Assembly: GCA_012513605.1 (NCBI GenBank)
Contig: JAAZBV010000037.1
Span: 29,027-93,026, forward strand
Direction: 5' to 3'
Length of the DNA: 64,000 bases
From: Desulfatiglans sp.
GTDB lineage: Bacteria; Desulfobacterota; DSM-4660; Desulfatiglandales; HGW-15
Shown here one piece after another: positions 55,352-64,000 of this stretch; positions within the stretch are counted from its first letter, which is position 1, and the number at the start of each line of letters is the position of its first letter. The notes under the pieces are model-generated. The model searched no databases, was not told the DNA's origin, and worked only from the letters and a program-made list of their open reading frames with translations. The position numbers were made by a program, and so were the translations under genes.

Positions 55352-55389
55352 CTTTTGCTGAAAGCTGAACGCTGATGGCTGACCGCTTG
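55352..55389 (-). repeat. Partial inverted copy of the family B repeat core
   Basis: The reverse complement caagcggtcagccatcagcgttcagctttcagcaaaag matches caagcggtcagccgtcagcattcagctttcagc at about 51915..51950. Confidence 0.6.
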
Positions 55390-55400
55390 AAGCCAAGAGC

Positions 55401-56105
55401 CTACAACCCCTTTTCAACACATATCTGGAGCAGCACTCCAATATGGTTTTCCATGGCTTTTGCGGCCTCTTCAGGGTTGCGGTTTTTAATTGCCTCGAAT
55501 ATGGTTATGTGCTGATCAAAGGTCATTTCATCCAGTTTCTGATCCTTTATAAGGGTAGGGAAGGCGAGATTCATGCCGTAATACAGTACATCATAAAAGC
55601 TCTTCATAAGGTGCACATGAACTATATTTTTTGCTGCATAGGCGATATTCATGTGAAAGCTCAGTTCATTATCAAGGTCCCTTTCGAGGCTGTCCCTTGC
55701 ATCAAGTAGCCTGTTAAGGCTCTGTTCTATTATCTTGATATCCTCTTCAGTGGCCCTCCTTGCTGCCAGCGCTGCGCTGCTTGATTCAAGCACAAGCCTT
55801 ACCTCAAGGAGGTCAACAATGGTGAAATCCTGGCCGTTCAGTAACTGTAAAAGGGGTTTTTTATTCTTTCGGGTATCTTCCCCCATCACAAATGTCCCGA
55901 CACCCCGTCTACTTTCTATTAACCCCTGGTCAATAAGTTTCTGGATGGCCTCCCTTACAGTCGGTCGCCCAACATTAAGCATCTGGGCCATTTCCCTTTC
56001 TGAGCTGAGTTTTTCCCCTGAACGTATTTCACCCCTGTAAATCATGTCCCTGATCTGTGAATAGACCTTGTCAGACACCTTTACTGATCTGATTGGCTTA
56101 AGCAT
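55401..56105 (-). CDS. GntR-family transcriptional regulator, FadR/FCD subfamily
   Basis: Winged HTH LSSEREMAQMLNVGRPTVREAIQKLIDQGLI, plus an all-helical C-terminal FCD-like domain. Divergent from the ior gene. Confidence 0.9.
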   Translation of the reverse strand: MLKPIRSVKVSDKVYSQIRDMIYRGEIRSGEKLSSEREMAQMLNVGRPTVREAIQKLIDQGLIESRRGVGTFVMGEDTRKNKKPLLQLLNGQDFTIVDLLEVRLVLESSSAALAARRATEEDIKIIEQSLNRLLDARDSLERDLDNELSFHMNIAYAAKNIVHVHLMKSFYDVLYYGMNLAFPTLIKDQKLDEMTFDQHITIFEAIKNRNPEEAAKAMENHIGVLLQICVEKGL

Positions 56106-56128
56106 ATCTTCCTCAAATGGTTTTAACT

Positions 56129-56139
56129 GGTATTACCAC
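56129..56139. promoter_or_regulatory. Candidate GntR/FadR-type operator TGGTATTACCA
   Basis: A perfect palindrome matching the TGGT-N-ACCA style of FadR-subfamily operators, 24 nt upstream of the gntR ATG. A further GTTACCA follows immediately. Confidence 0.4.
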
Positions 56140-56204
56140 GTTACCAATTTCAGGTCAATCGAAATTCTAACAGGGAGCTTTATTGCTGTAACCTCTATAA
56201 TTCC

Positions 56205-56233
56205 TTGACTAATCAAAATCTGGCCGGTATTAT
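56205..56233 (+). promoter_or_regulatory. Sigma-70 type promoter for the ior-acs operon (TTGACT-17 nt-TATTAT)
   Basis: -35 TTGACT at 56205..56210, a 17-nt spacer, -10 TATTAT at 56228..56233. About 110 nt upstream of the ior ATG. Confidence 0.55.
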
Positions 56234-56244
56234 TCAAAAAACCT

Positions 56245-56269
56245 TGTGTAATCTTACCGCATTACCACA
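56245..56269. promoter_or_regulatory. Inverted repeat tgtGTAATcttaccgcATTACcaca overlapping the predicted transcription start
   Basis: GTAAT/ATTAC arms with an 8-nt spacer. Contains a third copy of the TTACCAC half-site seen in the 56129 palindrome. Confidence 0.35.
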
Positions 56270-56344
56270 AAGGATAAAATAAAGACTATGTGATATTGTT
56301 TATCATTCTTAATAAAAAGATCAACCAGGGAGGAAAACAAGAAT

Positions 56345-58843
56345 ATGAGCGCCAATGAAATGAAAAAAATGTGCACTGATGAGGCAGGAAAAGAGTATGT
56401 GCTTCAGGGCAACATGGCATTTGCAGTCGGCTGTGTTAGATCAGGTATACACGGTGCTGACGGATATCCGGGTACACCCAGTACAGAGGTTATAGACAGG
56501 GGTTTAAGTGAAGTCCAGGATATGATCAATGTGGGCTGGTCTGTTAATGAGGCTGTTGCAGTGGGCGTGGGTTTTGGTTATACCCTTGCAGGCGCTGATG
56601 TTGTTGTAACCATGAAGATACCAGGGCTCTTTCAGGCAGGTGACCTGTTTACCAGCGCATCATTTTTTCAGGATAAGAGGGGCGCTCTTATCTATTATAT
56701 AGCAAGTGATTTCACACCCAGCTCAACACAGCATCTTGTTGATCCAAGATACCTGTTCAAGACATGCATGCTCCCTGTTATTGAACCAAGGACACACCAG
56801 GAGATGATGGATGCGCCAGGCCTTGCAGCAGATATTGGCAGAAAATACAATACCCCTGTTGTTATCCTTGCAAGCAGCGGCCTTTGCCACAGTGAAGGTC
56901 TTGTAAGGCTGAATGAGATTAAAAAACGTGATCTTGTTGAGATGCCTTCCAATCTCTCCCGGTTTAATCTGCTCCCGGCCATGGCAAGGGAAAATTATGA
57001 CTCGGTTATAGACCAGAGGATGCCCGGCCTTGAAGAGCTTGTGGAAAACTCGACCATGATTGAGTGGACAAAAGCTGGCAGCAAAAAGGGTATTATTACA
57101 TACGGTATGAATACAGCCTATGTAAAGGAGGTTCTTGATCTGTTTAACCTTGATGTGGATGTGTTGTCCATCCCAATGACAAATCCCCTTCCAATAAAAC
57201 AGATCAGAAAATTCTATGACGCAATTGATGGAGATGTATATGTGATAGAGGATGGTTACAAATACCTCCAGGAGGAGTTGGAAAGGGCGGGTATGAAGGT
57301 AGTCGGCAAGGAAAAATATACAAAGATTACCGAATGGTCACCCGCTCTTATAGCCGAAAAATTCGGTTTTGATATAGCAAAGCCAAAGGAAAAGGTAAAG
57401 CCTGTACCAAGGCCGCCCATGATCTGCGCCGGCTGCCCCTATACACTTTTCGGGAATGTAATAGCAAAGATGAGAAAACAGGGCAAGATAGAGAATGTCT
57501 TTGGTGACATAGGCTGCAATGCACTATTATACTTTATGAATGCCCTTGAAACAGGTCTGGCAATGGGTGCGAGTGACAGCCAGAGACAGGGTTTTATATT
57601 AACCAAACCGGACAAGGCAGCCAAATGCATAAGCATTATCGGTGACAGCACAGAGTGCCACTCAGGTATGGATGCCACACGTAACGCAGTATACAGAAGA
57701 ATACCAGGTGTCAAGGTTGTGCTTGATAACTACTGGACAGCAATGACAGGCGGACAGCCGGCGCCCAGTTCTCCTGTTAACCTTGCTGGTCAGGAGAGCA
57801 TGTATGACCTTGTAAAGGCCCTTGAGGGAAACGGCAACAGGGTGCTTGTTGCAAGCTCCTACGATAGAAAAGAGATACAAAAGACCATGAAAGATGCCCT
57901 TGAATTTGCTGAAAAGGGCGAGTTTGTTGTTGTTGTAATAAGAGGGTGCTGTGTTAAACAGCAGCCGAACTCCAAGAAGGCGATACGCCTCAAGATCAAC
58001 CACGATAAATGTAAAAAGTGTTATTCATGCCTGATGTGTGCGGGTATAGAAAAGGGCGTGGATGAATTCCCGTTATACAATACCCTCTGTTCAGGGTGTG
58101 CAGGAGAAAACCCCGCATGTCTACAGATGTGCCCGTTTGATGCCATTGAGTTCCTGGCTGAAGGTGAAAACAAGGCCGCCGAAGCCGGAAGCTTTCCAAC
58201 CCCGCCTGAACTTGTTATGCCAAAGTACAACATAGCGGATTTTCCTGAAAGGCTTACACTTGCCATAAGGGGTGTTGGCGGGCAGGGTAACCTCTTTTTT
58301 GGCAGGGTTATGACACAGCTTGCATTTGTCGCAGGTTATTCTAAAACAAACATAGTAAAGGGCGAGACCCACGGCATGGCCCAGATGGGAGGCCCTGTTA
58401 TAAGCACTTTCTCATGCGGTAAGGTGCACAGCCCTGTGCTATTCCCGAAAAGCGCTGACTGTATTATCACCATGGAGGTAAGCGAGCTGTTAAGGCCTGG
58501 TTTTCTTGAACTGTTAAGGGATGGCGCAACAATACTCATATCAAAAACAAAGATAGTGCCGCCTGTAATTACATATGAGCAGTATCCCACTGAGGCGGAT
58601 ATTTCAAAGGCTGTTCAGGGTTTCAAGGTGGTTGAGGTGGATATACTTGCAAAGGCGGTTGAGATAGGCGACCCCACAGGTAAGATAGCAAATGTGGTTA
58701 TGATTGGCGTAATGAGCATACTTCCACCATTTGACAAATTCCCTGTTGAGCTGTGGCTAAAGGCTATAAAGAATGTCAGCCCCAAACCCGCTATATGGGC
58801 AGGCAACTACGCTGCGTTTATGGCAGGAAGGAATCTTATATGA
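56345..58843 (+). CDS. Indolepyruvate/arylpyruvate:ferredoxin oxidoreductase, fused alpha-beta (IorA-IorB) polypeptide
   Basis: 832 aa. Has an N-terminal TPP/pyrimidine-binding region, two 4Fe-4S motifs (CKKCYSCLMCAG and CSGCAGENPACLQMCP), then an IorB-like domain starting LAIRGVGGQGNLFFGRV. Confidence 0.8.
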   Translation: MSANEMKKMCTDEAGKEYVLQGNMAFAVGCVRSGIHGADGYPGTPSTEVIDRGLSEVQDMINVGWSVNEAVAVGVGFGYTLAGADVVVTMKIPGLFQAGDLFTSASFFQDKRGALIYYIASDFTPSSTQHLVDPRYLFKTCMLPVIEPRTHQEMMDAPGLAADIGRKYNTPVVILASSGLCHSEGLVRLNEIKKRDLVEMPSNLSRFNLLPAMARENYDSVIDQRMPGLEELVENSTMIEWTKAGSKKGIITYGMNTAYVKEVLDLFNLDVDVLSIPMTNPLPIKQIRKFYDAIDGDVYVIEDGYKYLQEELERAGMKVVGKEKYTKITEWSPALIAEKFGFDIAKPKEKVKPVPRPPMICAGCPYTLFGNVIAKMRKQGKIENVFGDIGCNALLYFMNALETGLAMGASDSQRQGFILTKPDKAAKCISIIGDSTECHSGMDATRNAVYRRIPGVKVVLDNYWTAMTGGQPAPSSPVNLAGQESMYDLVKALEGNGNRVLVASSYDRKEIQKTMKDALEFAEKGEFVVVVIRGCCVKQQPNSKKAIRLKINHDKCKKCYSCLMCAGIEKGVDEFPLYNTLCSGCAGENPACLQMCPFDAIEFLAEGENKAAEAGSFPTPPELVMPKYNIADFPERLTLAIRGVGGQGNLFFGRVMTQLAFVAGYSKTNIVKGETHGMAQMGGPVISTFSCGKVHSPVLFPKSADCIITMEVSELLRPGFLELLRDGATILISKTKIVPPVITYEQYPTEADISKAVQGFKVVEVDILAKAVEIGDPTGKIANVVMIGVMSILPPFDKFPVELWLKAIKNVSPKPAIWAGNYAAFMAGRNLI

Positions 58844-60909
58844 CAAAAAAACTCTACAAACTGCTTTTTCACCCTGAAAGTATAGCGGTAATAGGGGCGA
58901 GTAATGAAAAGCTCAAGACAGGCGGAAGGGTAACAGATAATATCAAATCCAATGGATACACCGGAAAGCTATGGGCAATAAACCCTAAAGCGCCCGATGT
59001 AATGGGGCTCCCCACATTTAAGAGTGTGGCTGATCTGCCATCTGCCCCTGATCTCGCATATATTGCCATTCCTGCCCCGTTTGTAAGGGCAAGCCTCGAA
59101 GAACTGGCCGCTAAAGGTTCAAAGGCGGTTATTATACTTACCGCAGGTTTTGGCGAAAAGGACCAAAAGGGAAAGGATGAGGAAAAGGTATTCCTTGAGA
59201 TAGCCGAAAAAAACAATATGACGCTGATTGGCCCTAACTGCTCCGGCTTTTTAACTACATGCTATTCAGGTAAATTTGCAGGGCTTATCCCCAGGCTTAA
59301 AAAGGGGCAGATAGATATCATTAGCGGCTCAGGCGCAACAGTGGATTACCTGATGGAGCAGGCCACCATGAGGGGGCTCTCATTCAGTAATGTAGTAAAC
59401 ATGGGTAACTCCATACAGATCGGGGTAGAGGATATATTTGAACTTGTTGATGAAAACTACGGCCCTGAAAATTCAAGGCTCATCCTCATGTACATGGAAT
59501 CGGTCAAAAAACCGCAGAAGCTCCTCAAACATGCAAGGAGCCTTACCAAAAAGGGATGCACAATAGTCGGTATAAAATCTGGTGTTACTGCTGCCGGAGA
59601 AAGGGCCGCCGCAAGCCACACAGGCGCAATGGCCTCACCTGATACAGCAGTGCAGGCGCTCTTTGATAAGGCAGGGATCATAAGGGTACAGAGCAAGGCA
59701 GAGCTTATAGAGATTGCCTGCACCTTCAATGCCCTTAAAGGGCTTATTACCGATTACAGGGTATGTATTGTTACTGATGCTGGTGGCCCTGGTGTTATGC
59801 TTTCAGATGAACTGGGCAGGCAGGGGCTCAAGCAGCCTGTTCTTACCAAAGAGACACAGAGGCGGCTCTCAGAAGTGCTTCCTCCAGAGGCAGCAATCGG
59901 AAACCCGATTGATACGCTTCCAAGCCGCACCCCTGAACAGATGGAGAAAATATTCACAATACTGAATGAGACAGAAAAGGATAATATAGATGTGATTTTT
60001 GCCATTACAGGCAACTCAGGCATGACAGACAACTGGAAACTGTATGAGGCCATTATGAAGGGCATGGATGGAGGTTCTATCCCGGTTATTCCCATTATCA
60101 GTTCAGCCAGTACATGCCGTGATATGATTGATAAATTAAGGGATGCTGGCAGGATAATATTCCCTGATGAGGTGCCTGTAGGAACAGCCCTTGGCAGACT
60201 GAGTCGCAAACCGGTTTTAGCTGAACCAATGGAGCTGCCCGCTGATTTTGATAAAGTAAAGATAGAGAATATCCTTAAAGAACAGGGTGAACAGCTTGAT
60301 CCTGATACTGTAAAGGGGATCATGGCTGCATCCGGTCTCAAACTCCCGTTCCAGGCGGATGTTTTTGATAAGGCAGACCTTAAAGCCGCTTGTGAAAGGG
60401 CAGGGTACCCACTTGTCATTAAGGTAATTGGCCCGCTTCACAAGAGTGATGTGGGCGGTGTAAAGATTGGCATTGCAGATTATGAAAAGGCCGTTATCGC
60501 ATTTGATGAACTCCTGAAAATCAAAGATGCAAAAGGGGTACTCGTGCAGCAGATGATAGAGGGCACAGAGGTAATACTCGGCGCTAAAAAGGAGGAGAGG
60601 TTCGGGCATCTCATCATGTTCGGCCTTGGCGGTATCTATACCGAGGCACTCAAGGATGTAAGTTTTGCCCTTGCTCCACTTGGTTTAGAGGGAGGTATGG
60701 CCATGATCAACAAAATCAAGACCCTGCCGATATTAAAAGGCATAAGAGGACAGAAGGGTATATCTCTTGATGTGCTGGCAGATTACCTCGCACGCTTAAG
60801 CCTTCTGGTGCATCACTTTCCACAGATAGAGGAGATAGACCTTAACCCGGTGAAGGGTTATGGAAAAGATCTCTATGTTGTGGATGCACGGATAATAAAA
60901 GGAAAATAA
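58840..60909 (+). CDS. ADP-forming acyl-CoA synthetase (acetate--CoA ligase family, fused alpha/beta)
   Basis: ATG 58840 forms an ATGA overlap with the ior stop. N-terminal CoA-binding PESIAVIGASN, a phosphohistidine-region AASHTGAMA, and a C-terminal ATP-grasp GYPLVIKVIGPLHKSDVGGVKIGI. Confidence 0.85.
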   Translation: MTKKLYKLLFHPESIAVIGASNEKLKTGGRVTDNIKSNGYTGKLWAINPKAPDVMGLPTFKSVADLPSAPDLAYIAIPAPFVRASLEELAAKGSKAVIILTAGFGEKDQKGKDEEKVFLEIAEKNNMTLIGPNCSGFLTTCYSGKFAGLIPRLKKGQIDIISGSGATVDYLMEQATMRGLSFSNVVNMGNSIQIGVEDIFELVDENYGPENSRLILMYMESVKKPQKLLKHARSLTKKGCTIVGIKSGVTAAGERAAASHTGAMASPDTAVQALFDKAGIIRVQSKAELIEIACTFNALKGLITDYRVCIVTDAGGPGVMLSDELGRQGLKQPVLTKETQRRLSEVLPPEAAIGNPIDTLPSRTPEQMEKIFTILNETEKDNIDVIFAITGNSGMTDNWKLYEAIMKGMDGGSIPVIPIISSASTCRDMIDKLRDAGRIIFPDEVPVGTALGRLSRKPVLAEPMELPADFDKVKIENILKEQGEQLDPDTVKGIMAASGLKLPFQADVFDKADLKAACERAGYPLVIKVIGPLHKSDVGGVKIGIADYEKAVIAFDELLKIKDAKGVLVQQMIEGTEVILGAKKEERFGHLIMFGLGGIYTEALKDVSFALAPLGLEGGMAMINKIKTLPILKGIRGQKGISLDVLADYLARLSLLVHHFPQIEEIDLNPVKGYGKDLYVVDARIIKGK

Positions 60910-60930
60910 TACATAAAAAAGTTTTAGCAA

Positions 60931-61013
60931 TGTAGGGGCAGGCCAGCGTGCCTGCCCGGTACTGACGATTCATGTCTCCAAAAACAGGGAGGACACGCAG
61001 GTCCGCCCCTACA
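60931..61013. repeat. Inverted pair tgtaggggcaggccagcgtgcctgccc ... ggacacgcaggtccgcccctaca
   Basis: Read directly. The gtagggg/cccctac ends face each other across about 40 nt. Followed by the family E unit gtcatccccgcacaggcggggatccat (61024..61050). Confidence 0.65.
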
Positions 61014-61082
61014 GTAACTGGGTGTCATCCCCGCACAGGCGGGGATCCATTTTCTCCTAACAAATATAGACTCACGCGTATT

Positions 61083-61212
61083 GACGTCAAGCTAAGGCGA
61101 AAAGCAAAAGCCTGAAAATGTGTCTCACACAGAGGCACGAAGAACACTAAGAGAATCAAAAGCTGTTTGACATAATATATTTTGTCTTTTAACTTTGTGG
61201 CTTTGTGTGAAT
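61083..61212 (+). repeat. ~135-bp repeat (family D), right copy
   Basis: gacgtcaagctaaggcgaaaagcaaaagcc...tctcacacagaggcacgaagaacactaag...ttaactttgtggctttgtgtga. Homologous to the reverse complement of 54947..55086. Confidence 0.8.
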
Positions 61213-61216
61213 AATT

Positions 61217-62278
61217 TTATTTCAAATATTCAATAAGCGCAGCCATTGCATCTGTCTCGGTTTTGCCCGATAATGCCCTTCTGAGGCTCACCATCTCATT
61301 ATATTCCTCCTGGGTAAGCAGGAGATGCTCCTTTCTGGTGCCTGATTGCTGGATATCTATGGCAGGCCAGAGCCTCAGTTCAGCGCATCTGCGGCTCAGT
61401 ACCAAATCCATATTACCTGTGCCTACAAATTCCTGATAGATAATGTCATCCATCCTGCTGCCTGTATCCACCAGTATTGTGGCAAGGATTGTAAGCGACC
61501 CGCCATTATCAATATTTCTTGCCGCTCCAAATATCCTCCTGGGCATCTCCATTGCGTTTGCACCAAGCCCGCCAGTGAGTGTGCGGCCATAACTTTTGGT
61601 ATCAGCGTTGAATGCGCGTGATAAACGGGTGAGCGAATCTATAAATACCACTGCATCTCCACCTGCCTCTGCAATGCGCGTTGCGATATTAATTGTCATC
61701 CTGGTCATGCGCAGGTGCTGGGTAATACTCTCATCAGCGGAGGATGAGAGTACATGTGCCTTGTTTAACGCACGTCTAAAGTCTGTAACCTCCTCAGGTC
61801 TTTCATCCACGAGGAGCACAAAGACTGAAACATCCGGGTGATTTTTTATGATGGAACCGGCCATGTGTTTAAGTATTGTTGTTTTACCTGACTTGGGCGG
61901 GGCTATTATAAGGCCGCGCTGCCCCTTGCCGATAGGCACAATCATATCAAGTGCCTTTCCCATGACATCATCTGGCCCTTGTGAGATATGGAGCCTTTCA
62001 GATGGGCTTATACTCACAACATCTTTCAGCGAGACGATTTTTTCGTATTCTTCAAAAGGCCTGCGATTGATTTTTTCTATTACATCAAGCTTCAGATTTC
62101 CCTTACCGGCTTCATTAATTGCAGTCGGACCTTCAAGATAGACACCTTCCTGGAGATTGTATTTATATATAAGGTCAGGGGCGACAAAGACATCATCTGT
62201 GCCGGGTTTAAAATTATTTTCAATCGATCTTAAAAAACCATATTTTCGTTCAAAGAGTTCAAGATATCCTGATGCCAT
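61217..62278 (-). CDS. rho: Transcription termination factor Rho, short form lacking the N-terminal helix bundle
   Basis: GQRGLIIAPPKSGKTTIL (Walker A), VFVLLVDERPEEV, and Q/R-loop regions. It starts at GYLELFERKYGFLRS, which aligns with E. coli residues ~53-67. An in-frame TAA lies 9 codons upstream of the ATG. Confidence 0.9.
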   Translation of the reverse strand: MASGYLELFERKYGFLRSIENNFKPGTDDVFVAPDLIYKYNLQEGVYLEGPTAINEAGKGNLKLDVIEKINRRPFEEYEKIVSLKDVVSISPSERLHISQGPDDVMGKALDMIVPIGKGQRGLIIAPPKSGKTTILKHMAGSIIKNHPDVSVFVLLVDERPEEVTDFRRALNKAHVLSSSADESITQHLRMTRMTINIATRIAEAGGDAVVFIDSLTRLSRAFNADTKSYGRTLTGGLGANAMEMPRRIFGAARNIDNGGSLTILATILVDTGSRMDDIIYQEFVGTGNMDLVLSRRCAELRLWPAIDIQQSGTRKEHLLLTQEEYNEMVSLRRALSGKTETDAMAALIEYLK

Positions 62279-62489
62279 AACTATATTTTTACCTTGTGTG
62301 ATATATTATTAGTTTGTTTAAACAGTTACCATAAAATGGGTATGAATATCAAAATTTATTTATAGTATAACGCAGGATAGTAAATTTTATTCAGCTTGCA
62401 GCAAAAGCCCTTTTAAGCTCGTTTTCAAGGGGTCGTATAACTTCATATATCCGAATAATATCCCCTATTGTGTCAGGTTATCATTTCTA

Positions 62490-63248
62490 TTATTCAAGCC
62501 CCGGAAAATTGATATACATATGGCATCCGCGCCACAGAGGTATGGGCTTTTCATCAGGGGTATCAAATTTCTGTTCATCGTTTGCCATTGCAACAGATGC
62601 GAAAAAACCTGTACTGCTTATGGCTAAACACTGCTTTTCTATCTCTTTAAGATTCTCAGGTATCTTTGCATGGTCTTCAGGGTATCGGGCTGCCCTAACA
62701 ACTACATATTCCGGCCCTTTTGTCTCACCTATAAACCATATAGAGGGATCAATCTCAGGGTTGCCCTGAAATGACATAAGCTCATACCCTTTTTTTTCAA
62801 TATACTCCCTCACTACCTGAACAGCCATGTCATGGAGCTCAAAAGAGGTCATCTCTATCTTTTCATCAGTTACAAAGGAGACAGGATTAATGGGGTTTTT
62901 TGTTGATGCATCAATAAGCCCCCAGCCTGGAATATCAGCTATCCATTCATCTGCCTTATCTGTCTTTCTCATGGGCATGATACAGGCATGGCCCTTGCTT
63001 TCCTCTGCAACAGCGAAGAGAGAGTCATAAGTTCCCGGGCCATACACATTATTGTCCACATCCTCAACATGAACAAAAAAGAGCTGGTTTCCCAACCTGA
63101 AAGAGAGGTGCTCCATAAAGGGCGGGTAGGGGTGGGCCTTAAGCCATGACACTGTACCCTGCGGCCCCTGGTTATCTATATGTAATGCCGCACACTTCCA
63201 GCATTCAAAAAATTCCGGTGACATCATCTCCATTGCTATATCAAACAT
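62490..63248 (-). CDS. Hypothetical protein
   Basis: 252-aa ORF with no competing ORF. No motif I can place. Confidence 0.5.
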   Translation of the reverse strand: MFDIAMEMMSPEFFECWKCAALHIDNQGPQGTVSWLKAHPYPPFMEHLSFRLGNQLFFVHVEDVDNNVYGPGTYDSLFAVAEESKGHACIMPMRKTDKADEWIADIPGWGLIDASTKNPINPVSFVTDEKIEMTSFELHDMAVQVVREYIEKKGYELMSFQGNPEIDPSIWFIGETKGPEYVVVRAARYPEDHAKIPENLKEIEKQCLAISSTGFFASVAMANDEQKFDTPDEKPIPLWRGCHMYINFPGLE

Positions 63249-63292
63249 ATTTTACTCCTGTTCTGACAAGGATTTACACATTAAAACCTTGA

Positions 63293-64000
63293 TTATAAGG
63301 CCCTGTGATCCGTGCCTGTTTTTGAAAGATAATACTCATACCCCCCTTTATAATGGGTCATTTCACCGCGGTCAATCTCAAAAACATGATCTACCAGAGA
63401 GCGTAAAAAAAACCTGTCATGGCTTACAAGTGCAATTGTGCCGCTGAATCCCTTTAAAATCCCAAGAAGTATCTCACGCGACTGGATATCCAGGTGGTTT
63501 GTGGGTTCATCAAGGACAAGAAAATTCACAGGGCGTGACAGGATGGTGGCAAGAACCACACGGCTTTTTTCACCTCCCGAAAGACTCTTTATCTGTTTAT
63601 CTACAGTATTTCCTGAAAAAAGAAAGGCTGCAAGCAGGTTTCTTACAACACCCAGGTTCTCATGGGGCATGGCTGCCTGTAGTGTCTCAAGCACTGTTTT
63701 GTCAGGGATGAGTATATCCATTGAATGCTGGCTGAAATAACCTATATTCACATTTGCCCCGATATTGAGTCTCCCGCCTGAAGGCTCTGTCTGGCCCGCA
63801 AGGAGTTTTAAAAAGGTGGACTTGCCTGCCCCGTTAACACCCACAACAGCAATCTTGTCCTGACGTCTTATAAGGCCTGTGCAATTACTGAACACGGTTT
63901 TTGGCTCCTTGCCGGGTGTTTCCCATATCTTGGTGAGATTATCAAAACCTGCCACATCCTCGCCTGACCTTGGTGTCTCCCTGAACTCAAACCTTATAAC
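63293..64000 (-). CDS. ABC-F family ATPase (3' part; gene continues beyond the right edge)
   Basis: Second ABC cassette: GVNGAGKST, LSGGEKSRV, FLVLDEPTNHLD, VSHDRFF. The frame stays open upstream of the ORF-track Met to position 64000 (VIRFEFRETPRSGEDVAGFD...). Confidence 0.85.
   Translation of the reverse strand, partial: VIRFEFRETPRSGEDVAGFDNLTKIWETPGKEPKTVFSNCTGLIRRQDKIAVVGVNGAGKSTFLKLLAGQTEPSGGRLNIGANVNIGYFSQHSMDILIPDKTVLETLQAAMPHENLGVVRNLLAAFLFSGNTVDKQIKSLSGGEKSRVVLATILSRPVNFLVLDEPTNHLDIQSREILLGILKGFSGTIALVSHDRFFLRSLVDHVFEIDRGEMTHYKGGYEYYLSKTGTDHRAL

Noticed and set aside
62490-63248. The 252-aa hypothetical protein, considered as a nuclease-like or immunity-type protein because of the segment FELHDMAVQVVREYIEKKGYELMSFQGNPEIDPSIWFIGE...YVVVRAA.
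   Set aside because: The pattern is suggestive of a small alpha/beta module but I cannot tie it to a family or catalytic motif. Left as hypothetical.

Overview
64-kb chromosomal segment, probably from an anaerobic Desulfobacterota (deltaproteobacterium)-like organism; that placement is inferred from gene content and from the GC-rich palindromic intergenic repeats. All calls rest on reading the ORF translations and the DNA by eye, with no database search. I find about 60 protein genes and one tRNA-Leu(UAA). I see no rRNA, no CRISPR array and no recognisable transposase or integrase. Housekeeping genes: prfB (classic CTT TGA C +1 frameshift), glnA with a sigma-54 promoter, an unusually long glnE, a short rho, plsB, a DEAD-box helicase and nagZ. 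Metabolic and transport genes: a TRAP transporter (dctPQM-type), an Old Yellow Enzyme, alkaline phosphatase, and a GntR-controlled fused indolepyruvate:ferredoxin oxidoreductase with an ADP-forming acyl-CoA synthetase. Accessory islets: an AAA/ABC-type ATPase plus a Toprim/DUF4276-like partner (candidate defence pair), Phd-VapC, HicB-HicA, DUF4160-DUF2442, and an AT-rich type II restriction-modification pair. The most interesting region is 13.8-22.0 kb. One minus-strand gene string encodes a GPH sugar symporter, a GH10 xylanase lipoprotein, and two diverged copies of a translationally coupled two-gene cassette. Each cassette has a signal-less ~600-aa protein built from four lipocalin/MoaF/PAD-like repeats and a ~250-aa NTF2-like protein carrying a twin-arginine signal. 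I cannot assign this cassette to any characterised enzyme. The window also holds at least five families of structured intergenic repeats. One family forms an inverted pair bracketing the ior-acs locus, and another supplies the stop codon of a methyltransferase gene.
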